Shown here: positions 16,712 through 29,600 of the stretch, one piece after another
Layout of the letters: every line of letters starts with the position of its first letter
Position numbering within the stretch: the first letter of the stretch is position 1
Program-made: the position numbers and the translations under genes
Notes under the pieces: model-generated
Database searches by the model: none
Told to the model about the DNA's origin: nothing
What the model saw: only the letters and a program-made list of their open reading frames with translations
Origin: Bugula neritina
Taxonomy: Eukaryota; Animalia; Bryozoa
DNA length: 64,000 bases
Direction of reading: 5' to 3'
NCBI GenBank assembly: GCA_964035545.1
Contig: OZ037772.1
Location: 11,530,818-11,594,817, forward strand

Positions 16712-17637
16712 TACTAATGTATTATTAACATGCATTCTCAAAGAACAGCTAAACTGTCTGGTAGCACAAGAAAATATAGATACAAGAAGAGTATACTTTA
16801 TAGAATTACGTAAGATTTAATGCTACAACATTTATTATAAATAGAGACTTGATTAATACATTTAGCAAAAATAAAATAAAAATTAATCATGCTAAGAATT
16901 GAAAACATTATTAAAAATTATTCCTTGCTACTTAGTAAAAAATCACATCAGATGTATCGTAATTGTTTGACTAAAGAACATAATACAGCAATAAATAATA
17001 TAAAGAAAAAAATAACCTGTAAAGTTTTAAGGAAATAGCTGAAGGTTAAGAGAAAAGTATGACTGTAGAGATACTTGCAAGCAATAAGTAGAAAGTGCAT
17101 CTATATTGTAAGAGCTCAATGGCACAGTGGAAGATGACTAAGTAGCATAAACTATTGGCAGATCTTACAGTGCGTATTACCTAATGATTGTCACATCTAT
17201 CCGCATGCAGCATGACTTTGAACAACACCAACACAAATAAACATGAAGATTTGCTGCTTTCACATAAAAAATTAAAAATTTATAAAGAAATATTTACAGT
17301 AACGATAAATCAATCTAGATATCCAAAATCTTTCCTTCAAGGATTACAACTATGCAAAAGTAGAATAAGTTGCAAGATCTACCAATGAGGAAGAAATCAA
17401 AAAGAGTAATAAGTAACGCCGTAGCGGATAGGCTGTAACTAAGCCATACAGATGTCAGCAGTTCTAAGATTGGAGAATAAAGCAGCTACATGATTGTACA
17501 GAGAAGTTAGGTATAAAAATAGAACTGTCTAAATATTAAAATAGAAGTCTGCAAACCGTAGAATTCTCAGCCAATCACGCATGAGAGCACTGCAAGTCAA
17601 GTAAACTTTACCCTGATTGGTTAGTCTAAACAACACC

Positions 17638-20600
17638 TTACTGTGACAGTAATCGTTCACTACGGCGACTTTTATAGCCTTTTTTCATAGTCACTTGAGT
17701 GTAGGGAAGGGGGCTGAGCTCAAAGCCCTTCCTCATCATCACGTCTCTCAGCTGCTCGTCCTCTTTACGCTCTTTGAGACGCTCAGTCTCCAGCATGTTG
17801 ACCAGCTCGTTACGCTGCTCTACTACCTGATCACGATGCAAAGAAACAAACTTTCAATACAAGCATGCGGTGGTGCAAGCAACACACAAAATACTGAGGG
17901 GCGGTTAATAGGCACCCGCATTGACACATTGGCAAACGATACATAATCACTTTGACTAACAAATGACAGTAGGTAAGTAGCAGTACACACGGAACATATA
18001 ATATGTTTGCTGCCAAATTGCTGCTGCTGTAAAATATTATAAAACTAATTGAACATAACATGTGGATAAGACAAATCCAAAGTATATTATAGAACTGAGT
18101 TTTGATGGTAGAAATGCGTTGAAAACTATTGGGGCTTCATTATACCACACGGATTAGATGACAAGGGAGTTACTGGAAGATAGACTAGAAGTGAAGAAAG
18201 AAGAGTGGAAGGATAGAGGAAAAGTTACTAAGCGAGAAAACTATCAACTACTAACTAGTCACCAATGATGAGTGAGTGACTATGACTCATGAGTATCACT
18301 CATGAGTACGGGTCAGTGATTATCACTCAATGAGTATGAGTCAGTTAGTATGAGTCAGTGAGTATGTTAGTTCCTTATATTGACTCAATAAGTACAAACT
18401 GAGTGAGTATTCACGTGTCAGTGAGGTGATTTAGTAGTGACTACCAGCATGAGTGGACAAGCCTAATACTTATATCAGAAAGTATTTGCTTCTGTGCAGC
18501 AGCCTGAATGATTGACATCTAAATCAGAGATGCAGTCATCACTTTCAGCACATTTCTGATTTACCAAGATGTCTCTTCCTAAAAGCCTAGAACTTATAGG
18601 TGATTTGAGGTAAATTTATTGTGTAGAAATGGCAGAACTGCTTTCAGGTATTTCACGAAGCTGAGTTAAAGCTTTAATCTCAGTTCATATCATCTGCAAC
18701 ACTTGAATGTTCATTCAAAACCGTCACCAACACAGAAATGTCTACTACTAAAACCGACACCATATTATATCCTGCTATTAGATTGGTTGTTGGTGCTAAA
18801 GTACACGCCCACACCCTGTGATAGCCTGCTGTTAGATTGGTTGTTGGTGTTAAAGTACACGCCCACACCCTGTGATAGCCTGCTTGGATATAAATAACTA
18901 AGTTTAGAATGTTGGGATGGGTTATACTAATCCTGGAGAATATGAAAAAGTAGAAACAGTGATGTTAAAAAGCAAAGAGCAATATTAACTTGTTGAAACT
19001 GGAAGAAAGGGATGATAAAACATAGTAGAAACAAGGGCTATAGATAGACTGAGATCTCAAGTACCTGACGTAAAGGGTGCAACTGACAGAGAACTCACAC
19101 TAGAGGAGTGCCGAATACTATCCTATCTACAGTTGGCTAAAATAGAACAATTCAATGCGTAGAAATTGCATGGAGCACAACTCTAAAATGAAACACACCA
19201 GCGAATGCAGTCAGACAAAAGGCCGGACAAGTAAATAGAAAAGTGAAGAGGTTAGTGGCGACAGGAAATGCTGTGCGAGACGGCAGAATGGGCGGAGCAA
19301 AGAACCCATAAGCATGGCGACAAAAGCAGGCTGTAAAGCATAAAGAACCCAGGCTAGAAGGAAAACCACCCAAATTTAAAGGGCAAAAGGCAATCAGAAA
19401 GAAGCTTGCATTGACATCTACACAGAGCCCACACTGACCTCTATTAGCTCCTCCAGAATTCTCGACTCCTCTTGTGTCTCCTCATAAGACTTCTCACTTT
19501 CCGGCTTCAACATGATAGCTCGCATCTGATTGGTCAACCTGAAGGCATTGCGATTGGTTCAGACAATCTCACGGCAACAGGTATTGGCTAGTTTCCGTAA
19601 AAGGGAACACTATATAGTTTGCTCTTGCCGTTTTCTAGCTACTACGTAAACAGGAAGTAGATTAACAGGAAGTGACGTACCTGGCATGTCTGTCTTCCAG
19701 TTCCAGCTCCTTGGCCCTCACCATCAGCTCTGACTCATACCGGAACAGCTGACTCTTCTTTTGGATGACGTCAAACCACCTCTGCATCAACTCCTTGTTC
19801 CTCTCTCCGTCAACTGGCAAACAGAAGCAGACGTGTCGAGTCATCTTACAAACTACTCATTGAATATTGGCAGAGGTTTATGGTTGCTGCAGATCAATGC
19901 TTCCACTGCCTTTTCTTACATAACTTAGCTTAACAAAAGCTGACAAAACTTGATATTAAAAGCCAAACCCAATTAGCCACAACAAAGAAATTTAGAACTC
20001 AACGCAATTCAGCTAAAAATCAGTGATGTATGAAAATTTTTGCATTCCATATTTTCAGTTGAAATTTAAAATATGTAAGTTTCAGACGTAGACAGGCAGC
20101 CAATAAGCAGGCAGGTACACTCAGTTGACTTTATTCACTCCTAAAGTACCTTTCTTTCTAAATAGTTCTAGAACATACTCTACTCGACAGAGTGATAGTC
20201 TATAGAATAAACAGCCGCCCTGTAGTACACAAGGCTGTTTAAAGGTCATAGAACTTACACTCAGTCCCTGGAGAAGCTTGCTTACGGAGGGACATTTCCA
20301 ATTCCACTCCATCGTTCTCCAAAGCCTTAGTTTTGACCTCAACCTGTGGAAAGGAAACGAAGCTATGCATTTAGTACAGTGTTGGTGTATCGCAGCTACA
20401 GTTTTTTCTACTTGGAATTCTAATTACCTGACAGAAAGGGAGACAACTCCTTAGAGCTCACAGAAAGGGAGACAACTCCTTAGAGCTGACAGAAAGGGAG
20501 ACAACTCTTTAGAGCTGACAGAAAGGGAGACAACTCCTTAGAGCTGACAGAAAGGGAGACAACTTTCTAGAACTGACAGAAAGGGAGACAACTCCTTAGA

Positions 20601-23600
20601 GCTGACAGAAAGGGAGACAACTCCTAAAACATTACCTCCTGAAGATGACGCTGAATCTCCTGAGCTGCCCGCAGACGTTTCGTCTCCTCTCTCTTGTGCT
20701 GCCGCGCTGCCGCACTCTGTATCTTCTCGGGAGTCAGCTTCTTCGGCCCGGGAAGTGACACCATTTCGTAGTCTGAGTCCGAGTTCTCAGAAGACTCAGT
20801 TTCTGAAGATTCATCCGTGAATTCCTCCTCTAGTAAAGACAGTGATACAGTATGATACGAGTAGCTACATGAAAGAGAGGCTGGCTACCAGATCAGTGCG
20901 TGACGCAAGGTAAATGGAAGGTAAAGAGAAAGGAGTAATACAGTGCGTGTTACAGGGAGATATTGTATGAGAATAAATCATAGTATGCAGTGGAGTTGTT
21001 TCCACAATCACTATCAATGTAACATCTAAGTATGGACAAGTTGCTAATAGACTAATAGAGAGCAAGATGTTACAGGGTGGTTAGTATTCTCATCATGGAA
21101 GATAATGTAATCACTAGAAAAGGTAAAATTGGAATAGATGAACAATCAACAGCAACATTCAATACCCCAGACACACAGACATGCAATAAACATCCCACAT
21201 CTATAACTGATCAAACACTACAATCACTACAAATAGCAGTACTGATAGTGATAGTATCGATAGTGCTGATAGTATCAGTATGACAACTATTACTATTGAT
21301 ACTAATAATAAGTACTACTAGTGATACTAATGCAGTACTATTACTAACACTAGTAATACTAGCACTGCTAGTACTATATTAGCCAATTACACAGTCAACA
21401 ATATACTCATACTTTTGACTCATTATTAGTTGGATTTGAGAATTATAGTTGCAATGCATAAGTGTACACATCTAATTCATAACATGGGATGGTAAGATTA
21501 AAATCTGTCTGTATTGTGTCTATTCACTGTCTATACTCTAGACAAGGACTGACTCCACACACACATATCTCTAGTAAGACAGTTCTGGACACCCTGAATA
21601 AACATAGCCCATGTATCTACCGTGCACACATGTATGAAATAAAGGGACATCGTATGACAACCCCTACGAGTGATGGGCAACAGAAAGTGAACCACAGGCT
21701 GTGTTTACTAAGGCTGTAATATTGGGGTTCTGTGGTGGGAGATTTATTTTAATTTATTTCAATCTGATTAAAAACTAGAGATATCTGAGACTGAGTTATT
21801 ATAATTTTCCAACCTTCACTCCCCAACTTAATGTAACACTAGAGATAGAAAACCAGCATGAAATAAATTAAAATAGCATTGTCCCACATCAATTTAAAAT
21901 AAATTTTGATTGACTTGGGGTTTGACAAAACATGGGGCTAAATTCAACACCACTAGGGGTGGGGGGTAGGACCCCCAAACTAGGTGCTCTTACCTGTGAC
22001 GTACATATCATCATCAGTATCTATTACAACATAATGGTGAGTGAAAAGAGACATAGCTAACACATAGCAGAGTACATTAACAAATAGCAATAGCAGCAAC
22101 TCTGTAAATACAGATAAAATCATAGTAACTTGAAACGCACTTTTTGTCAACAGAATCTTTTCTTTCAACAGTGTCAAATAACCTCAACACACGTAAAATG
22201 CTGCACACAAAGACAGCTACGCATGTGCTGTATTATGTAAAAGTACTCCATCACAATTGGGAAGTTGCCACCATTGCGTTTGTTGTAATATACCAATATT
22301 GAAATTATAAAGAACACAATTCCAACATTTATAATATCAATAACAAACGACAGGTGAAATTTATAAGAGGCGCAGGTAACTTTAATCACAAAGTTTCAAA
22401 GCTTTATATTATGTGAATTGTTTTTTTATTCCACGTTTGAAAACAGCTGCATTGAATGAAACCACAACCACGAACTCATACCAGCATCCAATCACATAAT
22501 TCGAAGCAACGGAAATGCAGCTTTAAATAGATGAGTAGAAGAATATAAAAAAGGGGACAATTCCAACTTACCAGACGCCAAAGGAAGCTGATCTGAGAGA
22601 CACATTTTCTGGAAGCTTCCGTCTAGTTCTACACCAGAATGCCTGACCACCCCTGAGAAGAGATCATATGAAGTCAACGGAGAGATAACTGGGAGACTGA
22701 CGGAGCAGCTGATATACTAACTGCAGACTATTGACTACTGGTGCAGTGCGAGAGGGAGAGTGCATAGTTGAAGTGCCTCATAAGATGCAGTGTCATGCTA
22801 TTAGTACAAAGTATCCAGTAGTATTATACAGTGGAAGTGAAGACAGACAGAGAGAAGGTAACTACCACATGCAATTCACTGCGAGGTCATTTAAAGGTCA
22901 AACCCAGCAAATTAAATATTTTTAATGTAAAACCAGTTATTTGAGTTGGTAGAAAACAGAGGCATAGAAATTAAAGAAAATAGTGCAGCTTAGGAGCATA
23001 CAATTCCAAGTCTAAACATCTTTCAAAAGACAATGGAGCTTGGTATATTTTGTGTTATATTTTGTGTGACGGATATGATCTTGATTTGACCTTGAAATGA
23101 GACCTCACAGTGAAGAGTAATACATGCTTGAATACGGCTCACGTCAACACTAATTATTGGGTCACACTCATCAAGATGTCACAACATTCTCTATTGGGTC
23201 ACACTCAGTTTTGTCACACCGCGACTAGCTGGCCCACAATCCCTTGCAGGTTTGTGTTACCTTTGGCTAGCTGCTCGAGCTCCGAGTCGCTGGAAGCAGC
23301 TGAAGAGGTCGAAGAGGAGCTGGCAAGGTCAAAGGTCATTTGCTGAAGAGATTCGTCAATGGGAATTTTTCTACGCGAAGGCGACAGAATGTGGCTAGTC
23401 TCGGGTGGCGAACTAGACAAGCTAACGCTGTCGGGGTTTTCTAGGTCGTGGTAAATATTGACTAAAATGTCACAAGGTTCCAAGGCTAAACATAATATCT
23501 ACGAGACAGAAGATATGTGGGTAGTTACATCAGGGTTCAGGAAATTTATAGGGTAAGCAAACACTGTCAGGCTGAGAGTTACAGGGAAAAAGGTATAGTA

Positions 23601-26600
23601 AGAGTTGAAACCGGATAAAAACCCACATGCAATAAAATAAACAAGCAAAGAAAATAGTAGGAATATTTGGGTGAGCAAAAAGCAAGCATAGACTGAGGAA
23701 TTATAGCCTGAGGTAATATACATGAAAGATGGCTCATTTATGATACAATGTCAATTTATCAACAATTAGTTTAAATATTGTGTGTAGTGATTCAGTCAGT
23801 CTATTAGTGAGTCAGTATATTAGTGAGTCAGTCAGTATATTAGTGAGTCAGTATATTAGTGAGTCAGTATATTAGTGAGTCAGTATATTAGTGAGTCAGT
23901 ATATTAGTGATTCAGTATATTAGTGAGTCAGTATATTAGTGAGTGAGTCAGTATACTAGTGAGTGAGTCAGTATAATAGTGAGTTAGTATATTAGTGAGT
24001 CAGTATATTAGTGATTCAGTATATTAGTGAGTCAGTATATTAGTGATTCAGTATATTAGTGAGTGAGTCAGTATATTAGTGAGTCAGTCAGTATACTAGT
24101 GATTCAGTCAGTATATTAGTGAGTCAGTATATTAGTGAGTGAGTCAGTATATTAGTGATTCAGCACATGAGTGAGAAAGCTGCGATTACCTGACGGGACA
24201 GTCTCCTCTGGAGTCTCGTACACAGAGCTGTCCGTCACACCATCACCTTCGGACGACCTTGTAGCATACACACTACCCAGACTAACATGGTCATAGCTGG
24301 GATTAGAAAAATTAGCAAGGCAAGCGTTGTTAGCTTTAGACTTCTTAGCCGGTTTCCTCGACACTTGGGAGTTAGCTGAGCCGCCCCGCTTATTAAACAG
24401 AGGAATGCTAATGGAGTTGCCCTTCTTGGGAGTGAATTTCAGGACAGGGGTGTAGAAAGGCTCGCTATCTGACGGGGAGGTTTTATCAGCAGGGGTGGAG
24501 CCAGCAGCTGTGGGGTTGGTGGGAGTTAGTTTACCGTCTGGACGTAAAGTTCCCACTGCTGACATCTTCTCCAATTCGCTGTCGCTGGGAGTAGAAAGTG
24601 TGAAACTAGACTGGCTAGTGTCATCACTATCGCTGCTAGACCCTGTCTCTGCCGTGTCCACCACATCTGTAGAATATGAAGTCATCACCAGCTAGTAAGA
24701 AATACCATAGACAGCACAGCTCTACTACTGCACTGGAGGAAATCACACAACTGGCAGAGAGAATCAATGAGGCAAAATTACTAAATATAGCTTGAACTAT
24801 AAACTAGATGCAGTAGCCAGTGAAATAGTTAGCAACGGTTACTGCAATATGTGACCATTACACACGTCCACTAGTCACATGTCTAACGGGCACATCAAAC
24901 ATTTGACTAGTACACATGTGTGCTGGATAAATGTGACCAATCAGCAAGTGACTAATAGACATGTGACTAGGACATTTCAAGCTCTCTTTGACAGGAAACC
25001 TGAGAATTAGAGTTGATAGGTTACTAGAATCTCTTGAGAAGTGAACATTGTCGCTGACTGTAGCTATCAGACAGCCCGGGAATGCGCACGTCAAGTTACA
25101 TAAAGGGAGATATGATGCACTAAGAAACAATTTGAAATCTCAACAGGAAATCAAGCAAAGCCTCTTATCTCTACATCCTGCTTTAGTTAGCGCTGTTAGT
25201 AGAGCTGAAGTTATTGTGAAACAAAGCAGCTTGTCGGCAAATTAAGAGCTCAGTCTATCGCCTTGACCTTGTTACAGCGCTTGATGTCAGAATTCAAAGC
25301 CAGTTTTTGAGAAACACAAACTATCTTGAAACAAACAGGCAGCAAACAAACGCAATGAATGTAATAAACAAGTTAGCATCTGTAAATCATATTCCGTGTT
25401 GCTGTGATAGGAGTTGTCACCTCAATGTTGTCCTTGCAGAGCGATATAGTAGACACACACGACAGACTTACAACAGTGGCACAACGAGATCACAGTATGG
25501 GACAGTATGAAAGGAGTAGCAGAGCGACGGATAAAGCGTAGTTTAGTATAAGACTTACCAGTGTTGATATGCAGAGGGGCTACAAGAGTGGACAGTATAC
25601 TGCAACTGAGGGCATACGGAGTTGTCCGCTGTCGTTATGCCTCAGCGAATTACATAGCACAGCAATACTATCTACATTCAGCAAACTAGGTGGGGCAATT
25701 GATTGACCACCCGAAGAGAAATCATTTCACAACTCTAAGACTAACTTTCAATTTCAAACTTAATGTCTATAAGTGAGTGTAAACTTGGTAATTAGGCACA
25801 ATAGGAGTGTACGTAGCTCGCACATTGTAAGTACATATCAAACTTAAACACAGCACACTGTAAGTGTAGCTCACACGCCGTAAGTATAATCAAATGTACT
25901 GTAAGTTAAACTTTAACTTACACATGGCCAAGGGTCGTGTGGGTTTCCGCATCGTCACAAAGTTGGTTGGAATTGTCACACCAGCAGCTACTAGACCCTC
26001 TATCAACATATATTTTTATATGAAGTATATATTATAATATTATAGTAGCTATATTACAATAATATAATATTACTAACCACATATAATATACTACATGCTA
26101 TAGTACTAAATATTACAATAATATAATATTACTAACCATATATGATATACTACATATGCTATAGTAATATATATGACAATAATATAATGTTTAAATATTT
26201 CACTGCGCATAACTAAAATTATATGAAACCACATTTTTCCTCTGGAGGAAATCAACTAAAATCATTTAAAGGCCGTAAGCATCCAGGTTATTTATTACAT
26301 TTGAGCAAAAGTTTGCATGCTTTTCAACTGTTTTATCAGCATTTTATTCAATTTCTTATACGAAAACACTACAAAAGTGCAAGTAAAAGTGGTCATATTA
26401 GGTGTCTTAGACTTGCCCAGACTTGCCCGCGAGCTTGCCCTCCGTGTCCTATTCTGACGTAGGGATGGCAAAATAGCCCTATTGTAGCGTGAGTTTATAT
26501 CGCGTAAAGTTATTAAGAAGCGGGTTTGTCACAGATTCTCGTTATTCGTAGCTCAAATCACATGAATGTTACTCTTCGGGCGGCTACTAATAACTAACGT

Positions 26601-29600
26601 TAGCTACGCAACATCAAGAAAGGTAACTAATTTGACTATTTTCAAATGGACTATTCCATTTCGCTAGTTTGTAACTTGCTGTAAATCACAAAATAATTAT
26701 TTTTCCTATTTTAATTTCAATTATCATGTCGACCACACTACCAGAAAATTACTCTTAAATATGCAGTAAATGATGATTTTCAACCGTTTTGTGATGAACT
26801 ATAGGTTAGTAGTTGTCTACGTAAAACCAAGTTTTAAAATTTGTAATTGAATCAGTGAATCACAGTATCACTATGAGTATGACTATCAGTATGAGTATCA
26901 CTAGTCTATGTCTAGCTCTATGACTCTCACTCTAAGTCTATGACTATCGCCTATTAGTATTGGTGAACTATTATTAATAATATTCAATGGTTATATTTAT
27001 TAATACCATTATTAGTCATAATGATAATCATATGACAGTATCAGTATGTTAATGTTACGGAGCAGGATCAGTTTCGAAACTAATACAGTAATACTAATAG
27101 TAATACTTGTAATATTAGTTATAACTATAAGTATAAGTTATACCGATAGCTATATTAACATAAATATTTATATTCATAGTAATACTAATAGCAAATCTAA
27201 TATTATTATGTTAATAGTTATACTTGTAAGTTATAATATAAAGCAAACGACACAAGTATTAATTTGAACTGTTGGTCTTAAAATAAAAAGTAAAATAAAT
27301 ATAAATAATAAAATATAAATTATAATAATTTAATTATACTAATACTAATAGCAATACTTATACAGTAATATAATTATAATAAATTTATAAAACTTAAACA
27401 ACTTTAGATTTAAGGAACAACTTTAAATACAAACATAAAGATAATATTAAATAATTATAATCATAATGATCATAACAATAAATATAATTATGATTCCAAT
27501 AATTATCAATATATTATATAATATTTAAATTATTTTAATTTATAATTATAATCATAATTTTTTTAGTTATAGTGAATAAATTCAATTTGACATAATAACT
27601 ATAATATTATAAAGCAGTCAGTCTATCTCTAATGCTGATTGATATTCAAATTGTTATGACTGTATCATCATTCACTAACTCTAAGAGTAAGTGACTACAA
27701 TTATTAGTATCAATGTTGTGTTAGAGTACTATACCCATTGGAATTTTGATATATCCATTATATTTACAACTCTGCCTGTTACAGCTATAAATAAATTGAA
27801 CCAAAATACCCATAGTGCCTAATCATCGCCTTATTTATAAAATAATCACAATCATAATGCTCAAGTTAATAGATTGGAAATTATTGAAAATTATGTTGAT
27901 GCCAATATAAAAATGACATTGTATGCATCCAAGTAGTGATGTTGTAATATATCTTGGAAGATAATTACATTATAATAAGAGTTAAATTCCTCTAAGTAAC
28001 TTTTTTTGCAATTATTCCTTAGAATAACTATAACTTATACTCATAACATTAGTTTTAGATTGAGCTACTAATTGTATTTATTGCATGTGAAGGTTAGTTA
28101 TTCTCCATCAGCTGCATGAATGCGACTGGTAAATTTTGTAACCTTTGGCAGTAATAACTTTGTAGCATAAATTAGACACATTTTATAAAAATACATAATT
28201 TTAATGCTATAGCTGCTAGTAACTCTAATGGGTGTAATAATATTACTTTCACCAGCATTAATTTTTACTTTGTTCATGCTTCATAAAGCATTTTCTAAAT
28301 TCTTTTTTGATTAAATTTCTACAATACATATAATGTGCTGAATAGATTACATATGTTGGGGTTCTTCCTATACTGCAGCTCAGCCTACACTCCCCGCCAC
28401 AAATGTTCCTAAACTACTAGCTTCATCGGGATACAGATTGATGGAGCTGTATTGATAAAAACTTCTCCTTTTAGCAGTAGAGGCATCATGAAAAAAAAGG
28501 TAAGTATTTTACTCAATAAGAATGCGGTTTTTTACTTCTACAAATTTGATAGCCTACACTATTCTATTTAAATGGAGACTGGTCTGACATAATGTGTCTG
28601 CCATTTATTAGTTATAATATAGTAAATACTATGCGGGCCTATAGATCAAATGGCTCAAAAAAAAATTAAATAAAACATTACACAACGCTGTATTTATTAG
28701 CAATGTGATACTTAGCAACTAATTTCACATTATTATTGTTTGCAAAGTTTTATATATCTACATATGTTTGTTCAATTCAGTGTTCTAAAGTAGAAGGTTC
28801 CAACAGCAGGGAAAAGCCTTGAACAAGATATTATGTTCTACATCTCCAACTCATTTTAACTTTGCTGGTCAGTTCATTGTGTATCTGGAGCATAGTTTTG
28901 TATTTTCAAGTAGTCCATCAGATACCTTTGTAGGTAGTAAAGATTAAAATGTTTGTGCAATGATGTCCATAATGTTGAACTGATTAATTGAAACTAAAAC
29001 TGTTCTTAATTATAACAAAACTTGACAATCTTTACATAAAGAATAATGTCCTATAATCTATCTTCATTGTAAACAAAATTAGAAAGTTCCACATCAGCAA
29101 ATTGTTTATCATCATCTGTAGGTGGAAGAAGCTTGCACTCAGTTATAAAGGCAAGCTGACGGTGGTTTTCTTTGCCTTCTATGAAGATTTGGAAAGAGCC
29201 AGAAAATTAATACTCTATAACTGCAAAACCATGTTGTAGTGTCTTGTGTTATTGATTGAATCATCTAAAAGAAAAATTGTTGTATCATTATAATTTTACT
29301 GTTAATGAATTAGCAAATTATCTACTTATCTTGGTAAATATATTCAAGAACAAATACTATAGTGTAACTCAGTTTTGGTTATGTGTATGCTCCTTAAGCG
29401 AATTTACAGCAGATATCAAACTATATATTAGAGACTGATAAAGGAATTAAATTTAAGCTAACCATGATGATGTAAATAGCTGTTGAATGTGACTTCGAGA
29501 ACTCTGCTGGCCATGTCAGTTCAAATACACCAGGGTGATATGTTACGAATGTCATGTCATTATTGAAATTCAGCTTTTTTTAAGTGCCTCTTCACAACTC

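Noticed and set aside
25000-25075. Additional MICAL exon ([20 protein letters not shown])
   Set aside because: The only obvious donor (AG|GTTTCC) is weak and in phase 2, incompatible with the phase-1 neighbours.
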